Origin: Leucoraja ocellata
Taxonomy: Eukaryota
DNA: 64,000 bases
Assembly (NCBI GenBank): GCA_036785375.1
Contig: JAWMAR010000049.1
Span: 5,270,001-5,334,000 of the forward strand
Direction of reading: 5' to 3'
Shown here: positions 61,200-64,000 of the stretch, piece after piece
How positions within the stretch are numbered: position 1 is the first letter of the stretch
Layout: each line of letters opens with the position of its first letter
Position numbers and translations under genes: made by a program
The notes under the pieces: generated by a model
The model's input: only the letters and a program-made list of their open reading frames with translations
Told to the model about the DNA's origin: nothing
Databases searched by the model: none

Positions 61200-61930
61200 A
61201 AAAAGACACAAAGTGTTGGAGCAGGTCAGGCAGCATCTGTGGAGAACATGGATGTGACATTTCCGGTCAGGACCATTCTTCAGACTAATTCTAGTGGGGT
61301 CGGAGAGAAAGCTGATGAAAGGAGGGCCACAACAAAGTCTGAAGAAGGGCCTCGACCCAAAACATCACCCATTCCTTCTCTCCAGAGATGCTGCCTGTCC
61401 TGCTAAGTTTATCCAGCTTTTTTTGTCTATCTATGGTTTAGACCTGCATCTGCAGTTGCTTTTACACATCTGTCAAGTAATAGATGGATACAGATTATGT
61501 GGGCTTTTGATCAGCAGATGGTTAGACAAAAACCAGAAGTGTAAAGACAAAAGGTGTGTGATAAGGAGAGAAGTGCTGTGAATTGTGAAGTCTAGAGGAA
61601 ATAATTATAGGTGGATTTTGGGGGGGGGGAGGGGGGGGGGAACAGGTGAGAGACCAGGTGGGGCACAGGGAAGAGAGGGGAGGGTGGAAGAAAGGAAGGG
61701 CTGTTTGTAGGTTAGCTACCAAAACGTGGAGGATTCAATGTTCATACCACCAGGTTGGAAGTTACTCAAGCAGAATATGCTATTTCCCCAGTTTGCATGC
61801 TGCTAGTAATGGAGGAGGCCCAGGACAGAAAGGTCAGTAAGGGGAATAGGAAGGGGAGTTAAAACGATTAGCAACCAGGATAATCCAGCAGGCCTTGGTG
61901 GACCGAACGCAAAGGTTTGGTAAAACGATC
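61200..61930. mobile_element. PLE cluster: fold-back short element (61200-61470) and minus-strand GIY-YIG fragment (~61700-61930)
   Basis: Inverted arms with decayed CTGAAGAAGGGCCTCGACCC; GGAGGAGGCCCAGGACAGAAAGGTCAG is the reverse complement of 45058-45085. Confidence 0.7.
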
Positions 61931-62384
61931 ATTGATCATCAGCTGATCATTGTAGCTATATAGAACCATAGTCATTTTGTTTAGATAAAGTACCTCCCAA
62001 AGTGAAATCAGTCAGAATCTCTTTTTGTGATCATTCAAATGTACTGCATATGTGTGCAACGTGTAATACTTACTAGCTTTCTTTGTTTTTATTTCTGAGC
62101 CTCACTCATTATCCAAATGAGCTCTGTGTTTTGGTAACAATTTGTGAGTTCCACCTCACTGGCAGTCATGTTATCCCACTCAGTATCTCCCAATTTAACA
62201 ATGAATTCCTTCATATTTTCTTTACTAATTCATGAACTATCATAGTTCACCTCACGGATAGTTCAAACAACTTCTAAATAACCACACTTTGCATCTATTT
62301 GCATATGGAATTTGGCTGATCCTTTGAATTAGCGCCACCATTTCAAATCACAGATGTTATTTTCTTTTAAATCGCCCCTATTTT

Positions 62385-62690
62385 TAGTTTAGTGTAGAGA
62401 TACAGCGTGGAAGCAGGCCCTTCGGCCCACCGAGTCTGCGCTAACCAGCAGTCCCTGTACACTAGTACTATCCTGCACACACTAGGGACAATTTACAATT
62501 TTACCAAGCCAATTAACCTACAAACCTGTTCATCTTTGGAGTGTGTTGGAGGAAACCAGAGATCCCGGAGAAAACTAACTCGGGTCACGGGGAGAACGTT
62601 CAAACTCTGTACGGACAGCACCCGTAGTCAGGATCAAACCTGGGTCTCTGGTGCTGTAAGACAGCAACTCTACCGCTGCGCCACCGTGAC
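62385..62690 (-). mobile_element. V-SINE/HE1-like SINE
   Basis: Reverse complement of the 47784 family. Confidence 0.82.
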
Positions 62691-63399
62691 ACTAATGTCC
62701 ATCTTTTCACTCTTTTTGGGGAATGTCCTCTCAGCTTTGTCCCAGACTTTCATTCTCCTCTCCTGCTGCCTTCCGAAGCTGACTCCCACTTAGATATGCC
62801 GACAGCTTTTGTCCCTTATTCTCCAGTTGGCCCAATGAGACATTTAGCATTGCCTCATTAACATACATCAAACTGGCCCATCTTACTTTCTTTCCAATCC
62901 AGTGCACAAGCTAGCCCTAATCTTAGTAATGAATTCATAGATACATAGAAAATAGGTGCAGGAGTAGACCATTCGGCCCTTCGAGCCTGCACCGCCATTC
63001 AATATGATCATGGCTGATCATCCAACTCGCCTTACCTGTCTCTTACCTTGTGGACTCTGCCAGCGGATCAACTAAATTAGCTAAGATGGCTCTGCACCCT
63101 GAAAGTGGCAACCACAAGTAGAAGGAGCGGCAAAGATGCTTGCCTTCATCGGTCAGGGCATTGAGTATAAGAGTCAGTTAATCATGATTCAGCTCTATAA
63201 GACTTTGGGACTGGGTCAGTTCCCCTTCTGAATATCAATCTGAAGAAGGGTCCCAACCCAAAATATGGTCTGTCTATTCCCTCCACAGATGCTGCCTGAC
63301 CCACTGAGTTCCTCTCGCACTTTGTGTTTTGCTTAAGATTGCAGCTAATTCCAAAATTATATAATTGTTTGAGAGGAAGGTATGTGCGTTAGAGTTTTG

Positions 63400-63692
63400 T
63401 GATGCACTGTGGAAACAGGCCTGTCAGCCCACCGAGTCCATGACGGCCATCGATCACCCATACACTACTTCTATGTCATCTCACTTTTGCATCCAACACA
63501 CTGGGGGAAATTTACAGAAGCCAATTTACCTACTAATCTGCAAGTCTAGGGAAGTAACCGGAGCACCCGGAGAGAAGCCATGTGGTCACAGGACGAATGT
63601 GCAGACTCCATACAGACAGCACCCGTGATCAGAATCGAACCCGGGTCCCTGGTGCTGAGAGGCAGCAACGCTACTGCTGAGCCACTGTGCTG
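63400..63692 (-). mobile_element. V-SINE/HE1-like SINE
   Basis: Reverse-complement head (GAATCGAACCCGGGTCCCTGGTGCTG) and CR1-type tail. Confidence 0.75.
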
Positions 63693-64000
63693 TCCTGTAG
63701 CCACAGGAGACTCCTACTCTATCTGCCTGCCTCTCCTGGCAATCGCCCATCTATCTGGCTAAAACGGTGTGACCCCCTTCCCGTAACTACTGTCTCTAAC
63801 TCTCTCTACCTCCTCCATGTTCCTCAGTGTGTCCACCTGCTGCTCCAACCAATCCATGGGGATCTGAGAGGAACTGCAACAGAACCTTTCCTGCAGATAG
63901 AGTCATCAGGGACACTTGACTGCTCGCTGATCTGCCACATCTGATAGGAAGAGCAGACACCCCAATGACTGGCAAAACCCCCCTTAATACAAACTCAAAT

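Overview
Vertebrate genomic DNA. The repeat content (HE1/V-SINE-like SINEs with CR1/HER1 tails, abundant Penelope-derived elements) points to a cartilaginous fish, probably a skate or ray; this is inference. One host gene is supportable: tyrosylprotein sulfotransferase 1 (TPST1, + strand), with a CpG-island/double-CCAAT promoter at ~6.3-7.0 kb, a non-coding exon 1, and coding exons at 12245-13098, 21874-22072 and 34920-34970, plus probable exons at 47689-47737 and 50193-50215 (391 aa if all are joined). The rest is mostly transposable elements: CR1, L2 and Rex1 LINEs, Tc1 remnants, Harbinger-like MITEs, SINEs and Penelope-like elements (PLEs). Highlights: (1) a very young non-autonomous class I (epsilon/gamma-like) endogenous retrovirus at 54844-59729 with identical 526-bp LTRs, a CTAG TSD, a tRNA-Leu PBS, a disabled integrase and a 7-unit tandem array of long RNA hairpins in its leader; (2) many short Penelope-derived elements carrying minimal hammerhead-ribozyme motifs, several as fold-back units, two with long TSDs; (3) an intact 703-codon Rex1 RT frame inserted into a Tc1 transposase, which supplies its ATG. 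All calls were made by eye with no database search; repeat boundaries are approximate unless a TSD or terminus is quoted.
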